This document shows, piece after piece, positions 51,066 through 63,087 of a DNA stretch of 64,000 nt (positions are counted from its first letter, which is position 1; each line of letters starts with the position of its first letter). The stretch covers positions 180,835,047-180,899,046 of the forward strand of contig NC_068981.1 of assembly GCF_001194135.2 (NCBI RefSeq), written 5' to 3'. Source of the stretch: Octopus bimaculoides (Eukaryota). The notes beneath the pieces are model-generated. The model was not told the origin of the DNA, did no database searches, and saw nothing but the letters and a program-made list of their open reading frames with translations. The position numbers and the translations under genes are program-made.

Positions 51066-51504
51066 TCGCTAACTATGACAATTGTGAAACGGAATCGATG
51101 GCATAATTGAAATCTTTAATCATAATGGTTTCTTATTTAGAGCACAAGGGGAACAGTTTGCTACCGTAGTTCATGACTGGTACGAAATAATCCTATGAAG
51201 ATTTATAAATCTATACACCAAAATACAAATAAGAATGCTCATTTACAAAATATAGAATTCCCACAGATTCTACTAGTTTATATTTTTAAGATCGAAAGAA
51301 TTGGCAGAATGGCTGTTAAAACCCTTTCCAACATTTGGTCACCAACATTCATACTCTAAATTTGAATCTTTACATACTAAATGAAGAGTCCTGTTGTCGC
51401 CTCTGTCCACAACGCTACTCCGGGTCTGGGATATCACAGGCAGTTGGTAATCCCTTGACCCTGTATAAATTTCTTTTGCATAATATATAAAAACTTTAAA
51501 AAAC

Positions 51505-51825
51505 TGGCACTCCGTCGGTTACGACGACGAGGGTTCCTGTTGATCTGATCAACAGAACAACCTACTTGTGGAATTAACATGCAAGTGGCTGAACACTCCA
51601 CTGACACATACTTTTCACGTAGTTCTCAGGGAGATTCAGCATGCTGCAGAATGTGAAAAGGCTGACCCTTTGAAATACAGGCACTATGCGTTTTGTCAGC
51701 TGTGTTGACTAGAGCGACTTGAAATACAATGTCTTACTCAAGGACACAACGTGTCGCCGGGAATCGAACTCACGACCTTACGATCGTGAGCCAAATACCC
51801 TAACCACTAAGCCATGCGCTTTCAC
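51505..51825 (-). mobile_element. SINE family C-related copy
   Basis: Same body; tRNA-like head on the minus strand. Confidence 0.75.
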
Positions 51826-51831
51826 TTGCAT

Positions 51832-52258
51832 AATCTTTTCTACTCTAGGCACAAGGCCCGAAATTTTGGGGGAAGGGGCCAGTCGATTATATCGATCCCA
51901 GTACACAAAAGGTATTTAATTTACAACCCGAAAGGATGAAAGGCAAAGTCGACCTCGGCGGAATCTGAACTCAAAACGTAAAGACAGACTAGCTAAGCAT
52001 TTCGCCCGGCGTGCTAACGTTTCTTATTTCTTTATTGCCCACAAGAGACTAAACATAGAGGGGACAAACAAGGACAGACAAAGGGATTAAGTCGATTACA
52101 TCGACCTCAGTGCGTAACTGGTACTTACTTTATCGATCCCGAAAGGATGAAAAAAAAAAGTCGACCTCGGCGGAATTTGAACTCAGAACGTAATGGCAGA
52201 CGAAATACCGCCAAGCATTTCGCCCAGCGTGCTAACGTTTCTGCCAGCTCGCCGCCTT
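51832..52258 (-). mobile_element. Two adjacent SINE family D copies, inserted in a family C copy
   Basis: The unit gaaaggatgaaaggcaaagtcgacctcggcgga..gctaacgtttct occurs twice. cttcacttgcataat is duplicated on both sides (about 51820 and 52261). Confidence 0.8.
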
Positions 52259-53577
52259 CCTTCACTTGCATAATGTAATTTGAACCAACACACACACACA
52301 CAGAGTTGTAGTCTATTGAAATGAATGTAACAAATATCTTCTGGTGACTAGCGATGTGATAAAATGCAATGTCGAAGCTGATTATCAGGATTTGAAGTCG
52401 GTCATTAATTAACGAAATTAATTACTGCTCAGCGCGTTACTTTCTGTATCACCCTAACAAAACTGATAGTAATATCTATTTCAAATTTTGGCACAAGGAT
52501 AGCAATTTTGTGGGAGGGTCTAAGTGGATTACATCGACACCAGTACGTAACTGGTACTTTATCGACCTCGAAAAGATGAAAGGCAAAATCGACCTCTGCA
52601 GAATATCACAATAAATTACATTATGGAAATAGTAATAATTAATAATGGCCTCAAATTTTAGCACAAGGTCAGTAATTTGGGGGAATGAGAGTTAGTTGCA
52701 TGATTATATATTTTATGGCTTAAGTTTTCATGTTTTTGGAAAAACTAAGGACTGAAGCTAAACAAAGTTTCACACACACATATATATATTTATATATATA
52801 TATATATATATAGGGTGACCCCCAAAAACCACAAATCTTTGAATAAAACTGTTAGAATAAAACGNNNNNNNNNNNNNNNNNNNNNNNNNNNNNNNNNNNN
52901 NNNNNNNNNNNNNNNNNNNNNNNNNNNNNNNNNNNNNNNNNNNNNNNNNNNNNNNNNNNNNNNNNNNNNNNNNNNNNNNNNNNNNNNNNNNNNNNNNNNN
53001 NNNNNNNNNNNNNNNNNNNNNNNNNNNNNNNNNNNNNNNNNNNNNNNNNNNNNNNNNNNNNNNNNNNNNNNNNNNNNNNNNNNNNNNNNNNNNNNNNNNN
53101 NNNNNNNNNNNNNNNNNNNNNNNNNNNNNNNNNNNNNNNNNNNNNNNNNNNNNNNNNNNNNNNNNNNNNNNNNNNNNNNNNNNNNNNNNNNNNNNNNNNN
53201 NNNNNNNNNNNNNNNNNNNNNNNNNNNNNNNNNNNNNNNNNNNNNNNNNNNNNNNNNNNNNNNNNNNNNNNNNNNNNNNNNNNNNNNNNNNNNNNNNNNN
53301 NNNNNNNNNNNNNNNNNNNNNNNNNNNNNNNNNNNNNNNNNNNNNNNNNNNNNNNNNNNNNNNNNNNNNNNNNNNNNNNNNNNNNNNNNNNNNNNNNNNN
53401 NNNNNNNNNNNNNNNNNNNNNNNNNNNNNNNNNNNNNNNNNNNNNNNNNNNNNNNNNNNNNNNNNNNNNNNNNNNNNNNNNNNNNNNNNNNNNNNNNNNN
53501 NNNNNNNNNNNNNNNNNNNNNNNNNNNNNNNNNNNNNNNNNNNNNNNNNNNNNNNNNNNNNNNNNNNNNNNNNNNNN

Positions 53578-54066
53578 GCTAAAAGCCTTGTAGACAGCTC
53601 CTCAGACACTATATCAAAAGACCGCGGACGTGAGGAAACGGTCGGAAAACGAGAAATACGTCTTAACAAAAAACATTAATTGATCGTCCGGGCCCATGTA
53701 TTAATGGAAGTGGCCGTTACAAGATCTGCATCGCGTAGAGAGCCAAAATTCTTAAGGACTATACGCAAAATTCTATAAGCCAAAATTCTGAAGGACTGGC
53801 GCGTTAAATAGCCAGAAAGAAGTGTTTTCCGACTATTCAAGCGCTACTTACTGGAAAACTGGATCTCCCCGTTTGCTAGTTAGGCCTCTTCGGGTCTATA
53901 AGAGTTGTTTTTACCTCTAGTTCAGGGAAAATAACCCGTACTCACTAACGTTTTTTGTTAAGACGTATTTCTCGGTTTCCGAGCGTTTCCTCACGTCCGC
54001 GACGTAGAGATTAAAAAAATTTTGTCTTTGTATAAAGTCTGACGAGCTGTTCACAAGGCTTTGTAG
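53578..54066. mobile_element. Foldback/TIR element with inverted arms of about 100 bp (left end at gap)
   Basis: cgcggacgtgaggaaacggtcggaaaacgagaaatacgtcttaacaaaaaac is mirrored at about 53950-54000; aaagccttgt is mirrored at the right end. Confidence 0.7.
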
Positions 54067-54194
54067 ATGCGAAACTTTGGATAACTGTATGTACAAGATA
54101 TAAAATTTTTGTTGCAATAATTACTGCTCTATTCTTTAGAGTGCTTCTTTCTGATATATATATTTTTAAAAACTAATATACACACACACATTTG

Positions 54195-54800
54195 TTGGAT
54201 GGCCGTTGACTACTCATGAGCTCCTCCGCCCTTTGACGGGTCTTATTTTTCGTCCCGCAGGGTGTCCCAACAACCATCCTCCTCACCAAGCGAGCCTGGT
54301 GGGGTTGCCAGTTTAGTTGCCGACGATCCGATCATGCAACTAGTTGTACTAGATTAATGACGAATAAAAGTGTGGAGTGGAGTGAGAGCTTTTGAAGAGG
54401 CCAGAATGACACATGCAATACTCAAAAGAGATTTAAAAAAGAATGCTGTGATCGAGAAGTTGAATCTCAGCAACCTTTTGGGGCGCACAGTTTGTAACAG
54501 ACGATGCCTTTCTTTTGCTGGGCTCAAACCTCATTTGCGAAACCGTGAAAAACGAACATCCACCAACTACTCTGCCTATATATAAATGTGCACATCTTTC
54601 AATGCCATGTAAGCTATAAGGTCTGCACATCTAACGGAGGCCTCAAAAGACATTTTAAAATCCACAGAGATTAGAACTTAACTGCAGCTCTTGGTGGTCC
54701 ACATCAGATGCAATCTATGTGGGTGTCTTTTCAATACAATGTCTGGTTTCAAAAGTCACATCAGACACCATGATGAATCTAAGGTGTAAGTACAAGGGTA
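54195..54800 (+). mobile_element. Decayed RTE/BovB-like LINE end with three C2H2 zinc-finger remnants
   Basis: WSGVRAFEEAR..KR..K, then RTVCNRRCLSFAGLKPHLRNR, CHVSYKVCTSNGGLKRHFKIH and CNLCGCLFNTMSGFKSHIRHH, with two frameshifts. Confidence 0.65.
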
Positions 54801-55408
54801 GTCAGACTCTGTATGAGGAGTATACAACCACCATATTATAATAATTGTCAATTACAGGTATTCTTTTATTAGTTCCTATTTATAAGGATATTTTGGTATT
54901 ATCTATTAAGTTACTGGTATAAGTTTAACATTAAAGCATGTAAGGATAACGAATATTTAATACGTATGTTGTGTTTTAATTATTAACTTTTGGATTATGA
55001 AATAGTATAATTCACTAAGAATTAGTTTTATTAGTTAAATTAAGTTCAATCGAGTTTGTTTTGTTTTGGAGAGAATAGTATATAATTTAATAACTATGGA
55101 AGACTGGTGGGAATATTATCTGTATGGACTTCAAGAGCTTGGTCGCTATTTAGATAATTTAGGAATCGGTTATAGGTTTTCTTATTGAATTTATTTACCG
55201 ATATTGTTTTTTGTACATAGGGTAAATGTGTTTCTTTAACAATGTTAGTTACGTCATATGTAAACAAACATTAAGTTCTTTTTAACCTTTTTTGAAGCGC
55301 TGAAATGTATTTTTGCACAATTATAAAGATATATTTCTCAACGCATATATACTGATAGAACAGCATATATAGGATAAAATCCTTACAGAGCAGGAAAATC
55401 TGTCAACA

Positions 55409-55480
55409 ACTAGCCATGAAAATCGAACTCATATCCCTTTGATTTCCGGTCAAAGTGACCTACCATTAAGCTAAACTGCT
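55409..55480 (-). ncRNA. Paralogous tRNA-like unit in the left arm of the inverted repeat
   Basis: Reverse-complement homolog of 55879-55949; anticodon stem tttga/tcaaa, loop ccGGAaa. Confidence 0.4.
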
Positions 55481-55549
55481 TTACTGACAAATTTTTCTGC
55501 AATTTTAGAACTTAAAAAGTCATCCAGAAACGCTAGATGTAATGTAGAT

Positions 55550-55815
55550 TAGCGGTACTCAAAGTGGTGGTCTGCGAGCCATCGGCTGCCAGTACGCAAC
55601 GAGTTTCCATAAAAGAAACATTATAAAATGCTGATGTAATATTGTATTATTTGTTTACAAAATAAATATAAGATAAAAAAAAATTGTCAACTTTTATTAT
55701 ATTCATTATATATATTGTTTCCGGTATAAATTACTAAAAAAATATTAGCAGTCCCTGACACATTGGGGGGGGGGGGAATGCCGGTACGCCACATCAGATA
55801 GTTTGAGAAGCACTG
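55550..55815. mobile_element. hAT (Charlie-like) MITE, 266 bp
   Basis: TIR tagcggtactcaaa / tttgagaagcactg; perfect 8-bp TSD atgtagat. Confidence 0.8.
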
Positions 55816-55878
55816 ATGTAGATTACGTCATATGTAGACAACCATAAGATCAAAAATTACAGGAGAATTTATCAGTAA

Positions 55879-55949
55879 AGCAGTTTAGCTTAATGGTAGA
55901 GCACTTGGCCGAAAATCAAAGGGATGTGAGTTCGATTCTCATGGCTGGT
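55879..55949 (+). ncRNA. tRNA-Phe(GAA)-like unit in the right arm of an inverted repeat
   Basis: D stem gctt/gagc, loop ccGAAaa, T stem gtgag/ctcat, T7 run at about 55960. Confidence 0.45.
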
Positions 55950-56290
55950 TGTTGATAAATTTTTTTATGCTGTTCTATTAGTATATATGCGTTAAAAAAA
56001 TATATCTTTAAAATTGTGCTACAATAATGTTAGTGTTTAATCCTTCCTAGAATTAAGATTGAACAGATGTGGTGATATCTAAGGTATGTTTGTTCCCAAA
56101 GAACACTTATTTTAGTACTGTTGACACCACTGGATTGAACGGTACTGCCCAGGTGTCGAAACCATAGTGATATCCGTGGGGCAGCTGATAATGTTGGTAT
56201 GGCTGTTATTGTTTGCGCGGAATAGTTTTATAATACATCTATTTGATTAATTTATATATGTGTGTGTGCGCGTGTGTGTGTGTGTGTGTG

Positions 56291-56800
56291 AGATAAGGTC
56301 GGTTTATGGGATTACCTTAGGTTTCATAACCACAAAAGGACTGGCTTTATGGCGTATCATCAAATCCCCAAACTTGTGAGCTAAAGGCCTCTCTAGAATA
56401 TGGAGGAGGAAAGGAGCTCGTTACTCAATGTCAACAAAGGGGATTGTCTCCCCTTCGCTATCGATCGCCAGTGTCAACAAAGGCGGTTGTGTCCCTTTGC
56501 TATTGATTGCCAGTGACCCTGCTATCTCATGGGTTCCAATAGGCTAGCAGTAATTTCCTGAAATGCAAGCACAGTCCGAAGACCTTTGTTCTGGAGTTCA
56601 AGATGTTCCCCGAGTCTAGGGAGTCCTTTAGGATCCTCACCCGTTCTGCTATGCATAATTTACAGCGGTTGGTCCCGTTTATGTAGGGGCCTGGATTCTC
56701 TAGGATTTTCCATGATATTATATATGGAATCCCGTCGTCTACTAGCTGTCATATGTGACTGGCTATATTGGAAAGGATTTACAAACTTTGTTGATTAGTT
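56291..56800 (-). mobile_element. Penelope-like element fragment: GIY-YIG endonuclease C-terminus and 3' repeat region
   Basis: SHI*QLVDDGIPYIISWKILENPGPYINGTNRCKLCIAERVRILK..NILNSRTKVFGLCLHFRKL matches the PLE terminal pattern (W.IL..A.PY....RC.LC..EK..I..N.R.E....C.H). Followed by two tandem repeats of about 43 bp. Confidence 0.75.
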
Positions 56801-58824
56801 GTCATCAGTCGTGTTTATGGAACATCTTGCAAGAAGCAAATCAATTCTATAAATGTTTCCCCAGAGCAGCATAGCAAATAAGTTGATATTATTAAGCAGC
56901 ATTGGCTACCGTGTACTTAGATGTCCTTTCATAATGGTTTTTTACACTAAGTGCTTGCTCAACTCGTGAGAAAATAAGGCCCAATTACACCTACTCTCTT
57001 TAGGTCACATTGGATAGTGTTGTCCAAAGGTACATTATGCCTGAAGAAAGGTTGAGATGATCACAGCTGGAATGACTTTCACTATAAGTCTGGCCAGAGA
57101 ACATTGCATTAATTTATGTTCCAAGTTCAAATCCCGCCCGAGCCGACTTTGTGTTTTAACCTTCTGGGAATCGCTTAGCTAAATACTAGTTATTTGTTAG
57201 AGGGTGGGGTGTGACTACCCATCTCGCTACATTGGCACATAATCACACGTACATGCTTGGCTTTGTGACTAAGTTAAGACATTATTGTTGGGACCAACAA
57301 AGATACAACGCGGGAGAGGGGGAGGTCACATAAAGAAACTGGTTTTGCAGTCTTTGGTTATTTCCCTTTACATTCTGCTGACTGGTGAGAAAGAAGTGAG
57401 GACAAAGGAAACAAGGAGAAAGAGAATAAAAACCAAGGGGAATAAAAAAGAAAGAAAGAGGAGGCGAGAAAGATAGAGGTAAGTGAGGAGAAGAAAGATT
57501 CAGAAAGAGAATGAGAAAGGAAAAGGAGAAAGAGACAAAAGAATGAGAGAGGGAGCGACAAGGAGTTACTGCATCTTCGTATGAGAGAAAAGGTCGAGTT
57601 TACTAAGAAGTCAACAGTACAGATAGACCCGACTAAATTATGTCAGGAATGCTTTGCTTTTGTGTTGATCTTTCTATTATTATTACTATTATTATTTCTA
57701 TTGTATCTATTTCTACAGGTGAATGGTTTTAACGCTTCATTTCGTGTTTTGATATATTTTTACCTTTTCTCCAACTATTTCACCGCATTCTCCAAATGAA
57801 TAAAAATAAAGAATGAACCAATGTGTGGAGCTTCTCCAATGTGGTCACTTTTCCTACTAGAAATAGCAGCCAAATCTCTCTCAATTCAAATTGTCAACTT
57901 TAAAAAACAGAACGAACAAAATAAACAACGTATTTTTAGCCTCTCATATTCATAATGACAAGTTAGTCACGGTTGGAACACTTTTGATCACGGGTCTGCT
58001 CGATCAGAGCTACCTTGAGCCTAGACACATCTTGATTATCAAGTCAGAGCAGGTACCACTTATGTGATCATTCTAATGCTAGAAATACCAACCAACTCTC
58101 ACTCAAATCACTCCAAGACCACAGCCATCGCTTGCAACTGAGTATGATTTTGGTGGCAAATTGTATTAGGCGCCAATGTAGTTGTGAGCAGACAGAGAAA
58201 CATTCTTGACCCCCCCCCCCTTACCTTGATAAAGCAGAATATCAAGGATGTGACACTTGGAGGGTGAGACAGTTACACCAGCAATAGGCAGCTATTCGTT
58301 TTAAGCTGAATGGATTGGAGTAACGTGAAATGAAGTGCTTTACTAAAGACCACAATGCGTCACCCGGTTCGAACACCAAATACATGGACCTTACAGTTGC
58401 GAACCTAACGCTCTAATCACTTCGTTATACATCACTTCCTACTACCTTCAAAATAGGAAGGTCACATTGGATAATGTAATCCTAGATACACAATGTCTGA
58501 ACGAAGGCCAGGATAGTCACTACTGAAACACCTTAGATGAGAAATCTGTTCAATAAGGAATGAACAAAATAAAATCAGATTAAAAAAAGACAACCTTACA
58601 AAAAAAAAATAATAAATCTCCCCCCACAAAAAGTGGTTTAGTCATCTGTGAGTATTTATATAAAACGTTAATATAATGTTAATTATAGTTGGTTCCCACT
58701 ATCGCACGGTAGATTTTCTATGGAAAATCTATAAATACTATAATATTTATAGATTTACAATATTTGTTTGTAGCAAATAAAATATATATATATTTGAATG
58801 TGGCGCCATAAAATTTTAAATAGC

Positions 58825-59481
58825 GGATCTATTTTAAAACGGGGGCCACAGTTTTCATTAATGTTTTACGTAGTGTTTTTGGTACGGAAAGACTTTCAAA
58901 CTTCGTATACTTATCTATTTTGTGTTATAGAACAGAAAAATATTTTGGTATTCGAATTTATTTCATGTAAAAAATTGTCTTATTTCGATAATTTCTTCTA
59001 ATCACTGACGTCTATTCAGTTGAAAACAGTTAGCGCTGTAACGGTGTATATCGTATTAATCTCCTAACCCTAACCCTAACTAGACTGTTAACCGTAACCC
59101 TAACCCTAACCCTAAACCTAAAACTAACCGTAACTCGAGAATCCGAACTCTAAAATTGTTACACACATAGATACGCACAGCGTAATTTATTATATAAACA
59201 ATATATGCGTATAAATTACGATTAAACCGGATGAAATATGTCACAGGGAATAACATTTTTATGACCGCCCAGCAGTAACGCTTATTCAGCTGAATAGACG
59301 TCAGTGATTGGTTGAAATTACAGAAATACGACAACTTTAACATGGAATAACTTAGGGATTTCTTTTTTTTTTTAAGAAGACTAAGAGAAAAAGATGTTTT
59401 ATATGACACATTCTACCAGTGTTCCAAGTTTCAAAGTGTTTCGTTAAGAAAATACTGTGGCCCCCGTTTTAAAATAGATCT
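58825..59481. mobile_element. Merlin-type MITE, second family (657 bp)
   Basis: TIR ggatctattttaaaacgggggccacag / ctgtggcccccgttttaaaatagatct; perfect 8-bp TSD taaatagc; internal (CCCTAA)-like array at about 59065-59130. Confidence 0.85.
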
Positions 59482-60889
59482 TAAATAGCTATTTCGAAAA
59501 GTTTCATGGTGCCTTTATTTTGTCATTGCTTTTGTTTTACAGCAGTGGTCAAGGATGTTTTGAATATACATATCATCATCATCAACAATTAACGTCTGTT
59601 TTCCATGCTAGCATGGGTTGGACAGTTTGACAGGAACTGGTAAGTTCAGAAGCTGCACCAGTCACCATACTCTGTTTTGGCTTGGTTTCTACAGTTGGAT
59701 GCCCTTCCTAACGCCAACCACTCCACGGAGTGTACTGGGTGCTTGCTTTTTACGTGACACCAGCACCCACACCAATGCGTTTTACGTGGCACTTTGGTTT
59801 TAGGATTTCAATTCTGTTGTGGTGGGCAGGTCTTCCTGAATACAACGATGCATTACGTATCCCATTCCTCTGTCGTCTCCTTCATAAGGTTCAGCATTTT
59901 GAGATCAGCCTTCAATACTTCAACACGTCTTCCTGAGATTTCCTCTTCCAGTACTTCCCTCTACATGTTACCAGGATTAACGACTCGAGTCAAAATGTCT
60001 TGACTGAGTAAGGTCTTGTGTAAATGATGAATTTTCTTTTTATTTATTGCACAGTGATCCGAAACTAGGCGCGGTCCCAGGAATTTTTCGAGAGGAGGGC
60101 ATAAGGTCAGAAGGGAATACAATTCCTGGAGAAAAGGGCATAACATTATTTAGAATGGCACACTTTTTTTCTTAAGGGGGGCACGTGCCCCTCTGCCCTC
60201 CTCCTTGGGTACATCCCAGTAAAACATACATATCAAATGCATTCAAAATATCATTACTCAGTTTGACATACCAGACTATCTGATATATATATCTGATAGT
60301 TTGACTGATTGATGGATGGATGTATATACCAGACTATCAGATGTTGCAGTCACAATGTGTTTCACATTGTTTTAGCTTTCAAACGACAGTACCCCACTGA
60401 CTAGATGAGCAGGCCAACACTTCTCCTCATCTAAAAGCTATTTCATCACAGGCCTATTCATTTACAGTTGAGTAGACTGGAACAACATGAAATGAAGTGT
60501 TTTGCTCAAGGACGCAACACGCCACCCAGTCCAGGAATCACATCCATGATCTAGCTATCACAAGTACATTATCCTAACAACTAGGCCAAGTACTTTCTGT
60601 GTTGTTTACTTGAACAAAACTTTCCATTTCTCATTGTTCCAGTTCACTCAACTGTGAACGGGTAACCCTGGGACGGAACAGCCTTCAGATCAGGGCTAAT
60701 GTTGGCCAGCATTATTCAAAAGCTAAAACAATATATATTTAAATTTGTTTTTATGTCAAGTTGTTGTCTTCGAATATCTTGTTGCCGTAATGTTATGACG
60801 ATGTTGGGGTGTGCTCAATGGTGTAGGAATAGTATTACCCAAATAAATATTTGGATATGGTTATCTAGAATAACCTTTCACAGAATTAA

Positions 60890-62117
60890 TATGTTCACAC
60901 AGCAATGAATTCCGGGTAGAGGTAGGGGTCCACCAAGGTTCCGTCCTCAGCCCCCTCTTATTTACCATAGTCCTCCAGGCAATCACAGAGGAGTTCAAGA
61001 CAGGTTGCCCCTGGGAGCTCCTCTATGCTGATGACCTTGCCCTAATTGCGGAGTCACTATCAGAACTAGAGGAGAAGTTTCAGGTGTGGAAGCAAGGTCT
61101 AGAATTGAAGGGCCTTAGAGTCAACCTAGCTAAAACCAAAATCCTAATAAGTAGGAAGGTAGATAAAACACAAACCCCTTCAGGTAGATGGCCNNNNNNN
61201 NNNNNNNNNNNNNNNNNNNNNNNNNNNNNNNNNNNNNNNNNNNNNNNNNNNNNNNNNNNNNNNNNNNNNNNNNNNNNNNNNNNNNNNNNNNNNNNNNNNN
61301 NNNNNNNNNNNNNNNNNNNNNNNNNNNNNNNNNNNNNNNNNNNNNNNNNNNNNNNNNNNNNNNNNNNNNNNNNNNNNNNNNNNNNNNNNNNNNNNNNNNN
61401 NNNNNNNNNNNNNNNNNNNNNNNNNNNNNNNNNNNNNNNNNNNNNNNNNNNNNNNNNNNNNNNNNNNNNNNNNNNNNNNNNNNNNNNNNNNNNNNNNNNN
61501 NNNNNNNNNNNNNNNNNNNNNNNNNNNNNNNNNNNNNNNNNNNNNNNNNNNNNNNNNNNNNNNNNNNNNNNNNNNNNNNNNNNNNNNNNNNNNNNNNNNN
61601 NNNNNNNNNNNNNNNNNNNNNNNNNNNNNNNNNNNNNNNNNNNNNNNNNNNNNNNNNNNNNNNNNNNNNNNNNNNNNNNNNNNNNNNNNNNNNNNNNNNN
61701 NNNNNNNNNNNNNNNNNNNNNNNNNNNNNNNNNNNNNNNNNNNNNNNNNNNNNNNNNNNNNNNNNNNNNNNNNNNNNNNNNNNNNNNNNNNNNNNNNNNN
61801 NNNNNNNNNNNNNNNNNNNNNNNNNNNNNNNNNNNNNNNNNNNNNNNNNNNNNNNNNNNNNNNNNNNNNNNNNNNNNNNNNNNNNNNNNNNNNNNNNNNN
61901 NNNNNNNNNNNNNNNNNNNNNNNNNNNNNNNNNNNNNNNNNNNNNNNNNNNNNNNNNNNNNNNNNNNNNNNNNNNNNNNNNNNNNNNNNNNNNNNNNNNN
62001 NNNNNNNNNNNNNNNNNNNNNNNNNNAGCCTGGTGTTGCCATCCGGTTTCACCAGTTCTCAGTCAAATCGTCCAACCCATGCTAGCATGGAAAGCGGACG
62101 TTAAACGATGATGATGA
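60890..62117 (+). mobile_element. 5'-truncated RTE-clade LINE: reverse transcriptase segment, gap, then 3' tail ending in (GAT)n
   Basis: Stop-free frame SNEFRVEVGVHQGSVLSPLLFTIVLQAITEEFKTGCPWELLYADDLALIAES..GLRVNLAKTK..GRW, with YADD at 61024-61035. After the gap comes the tail ..catgctagcatggaaagcggacgttaaacgatgatgatg. Confidence 0.9.
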
Positions 62118-62159
62118 GAACGTGCTTTCTGCTTCCGTACTATGCCAAACGTAGATATG

Positions 62160-62452
62160 ATATTTATTTCTTTTATTGCTCACAGTGGGCTAAACATAGA
62201 GGGGACAAACAAGGACAGACAAAGGGATTACGTCGATTACATTGACCCCAGTGCATAACTTACTTATTTAATCGACTCCGAAAGGATGAAAGGCAAAGTC
62301 GACCTCGGCAGAATTTGAACTCAGAACGTAACGGCAGACGAAATACCGCTAAGCNNNNNNNNNNAGAATTTGAACTCAGAACGTAACGGCAGACGAAATA
62401 CCGCTAAGCATTTTGCCTGGCATGCTAACAATTCTGCCAGCTCGCTACCTTT
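62160..62452 (-). mobile_element. SINE family D copy
   Basis: Same family; contains a 10-N gap with duplicated flanks. Confidence 0.8.
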
Positions 62453-62786
62453 GTAGGTACGATATTAAACTAAAACAGTAATCCAATACAAACGATCAAC
62501 ACTGTCAACTGCTGATTATCAAGTGCCGATGCGCAGTTTCTTTATTTTATTAAAATGTGTCAGTCCATTTTTGGTCATTTGGGAGTGGTCAGGATCCTTC
62601 CACAACACAAGTTATAATAAAAACAATTTTACAGCAAACTGAAGGATTACTCAATATTTTTTGTAGAGTGTATATTACTCTTTAACAAGAAGTGTTGACA
62701 GTAACTTCAAAGTTTCCACCTGCTTAGCCTTCATCAGGTGATTAAAGACTTTCTCTATTCCCGAGCGTTAAACTAATACATCCTTT

Positions 62787-63087
62787 GGATCTTTTTTAAA
62801 ACGGGGGCCACATTTTTCATTAACGAAACACTTTGAAACTTGGAACACTGGTAGAATGTGTCTTATAAAACATTTTTTTCTCTTAGTCTTCTTAAAAAAA
62901 AAAAGAAATCCCTAAGTTATTCCATGTTAAAGTTGTCGTATTTCTGTAATTTCAACCAATCACTGACGTCCATTCAGCCGATGTACATTAAGTGCCGACT
63001 ACATAAACAAACGATTCTGAAACAATTCTATCGGTGATAGGGTTAGGGTTAGGGTAAAACAGCAAATTTAAAAAGAAAAAAGAAAAT
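62787..63087. mobile_element. Second copy of the 58825 family in opposite orientation, running into a gap
   Basis: ggatcttttttaaaacgggggccaca.. matches the reverse complement of 59280-59481; gggttagggttaggg at about 63040-63055. Confidence 0.8.

Noticed and set aside
54484-54771. Functional host C2H2 zinc-finger gene
   Set aside because: Frameshifts, lost ligands, no TGEKP linkers and a LINE-like upstream peptide.
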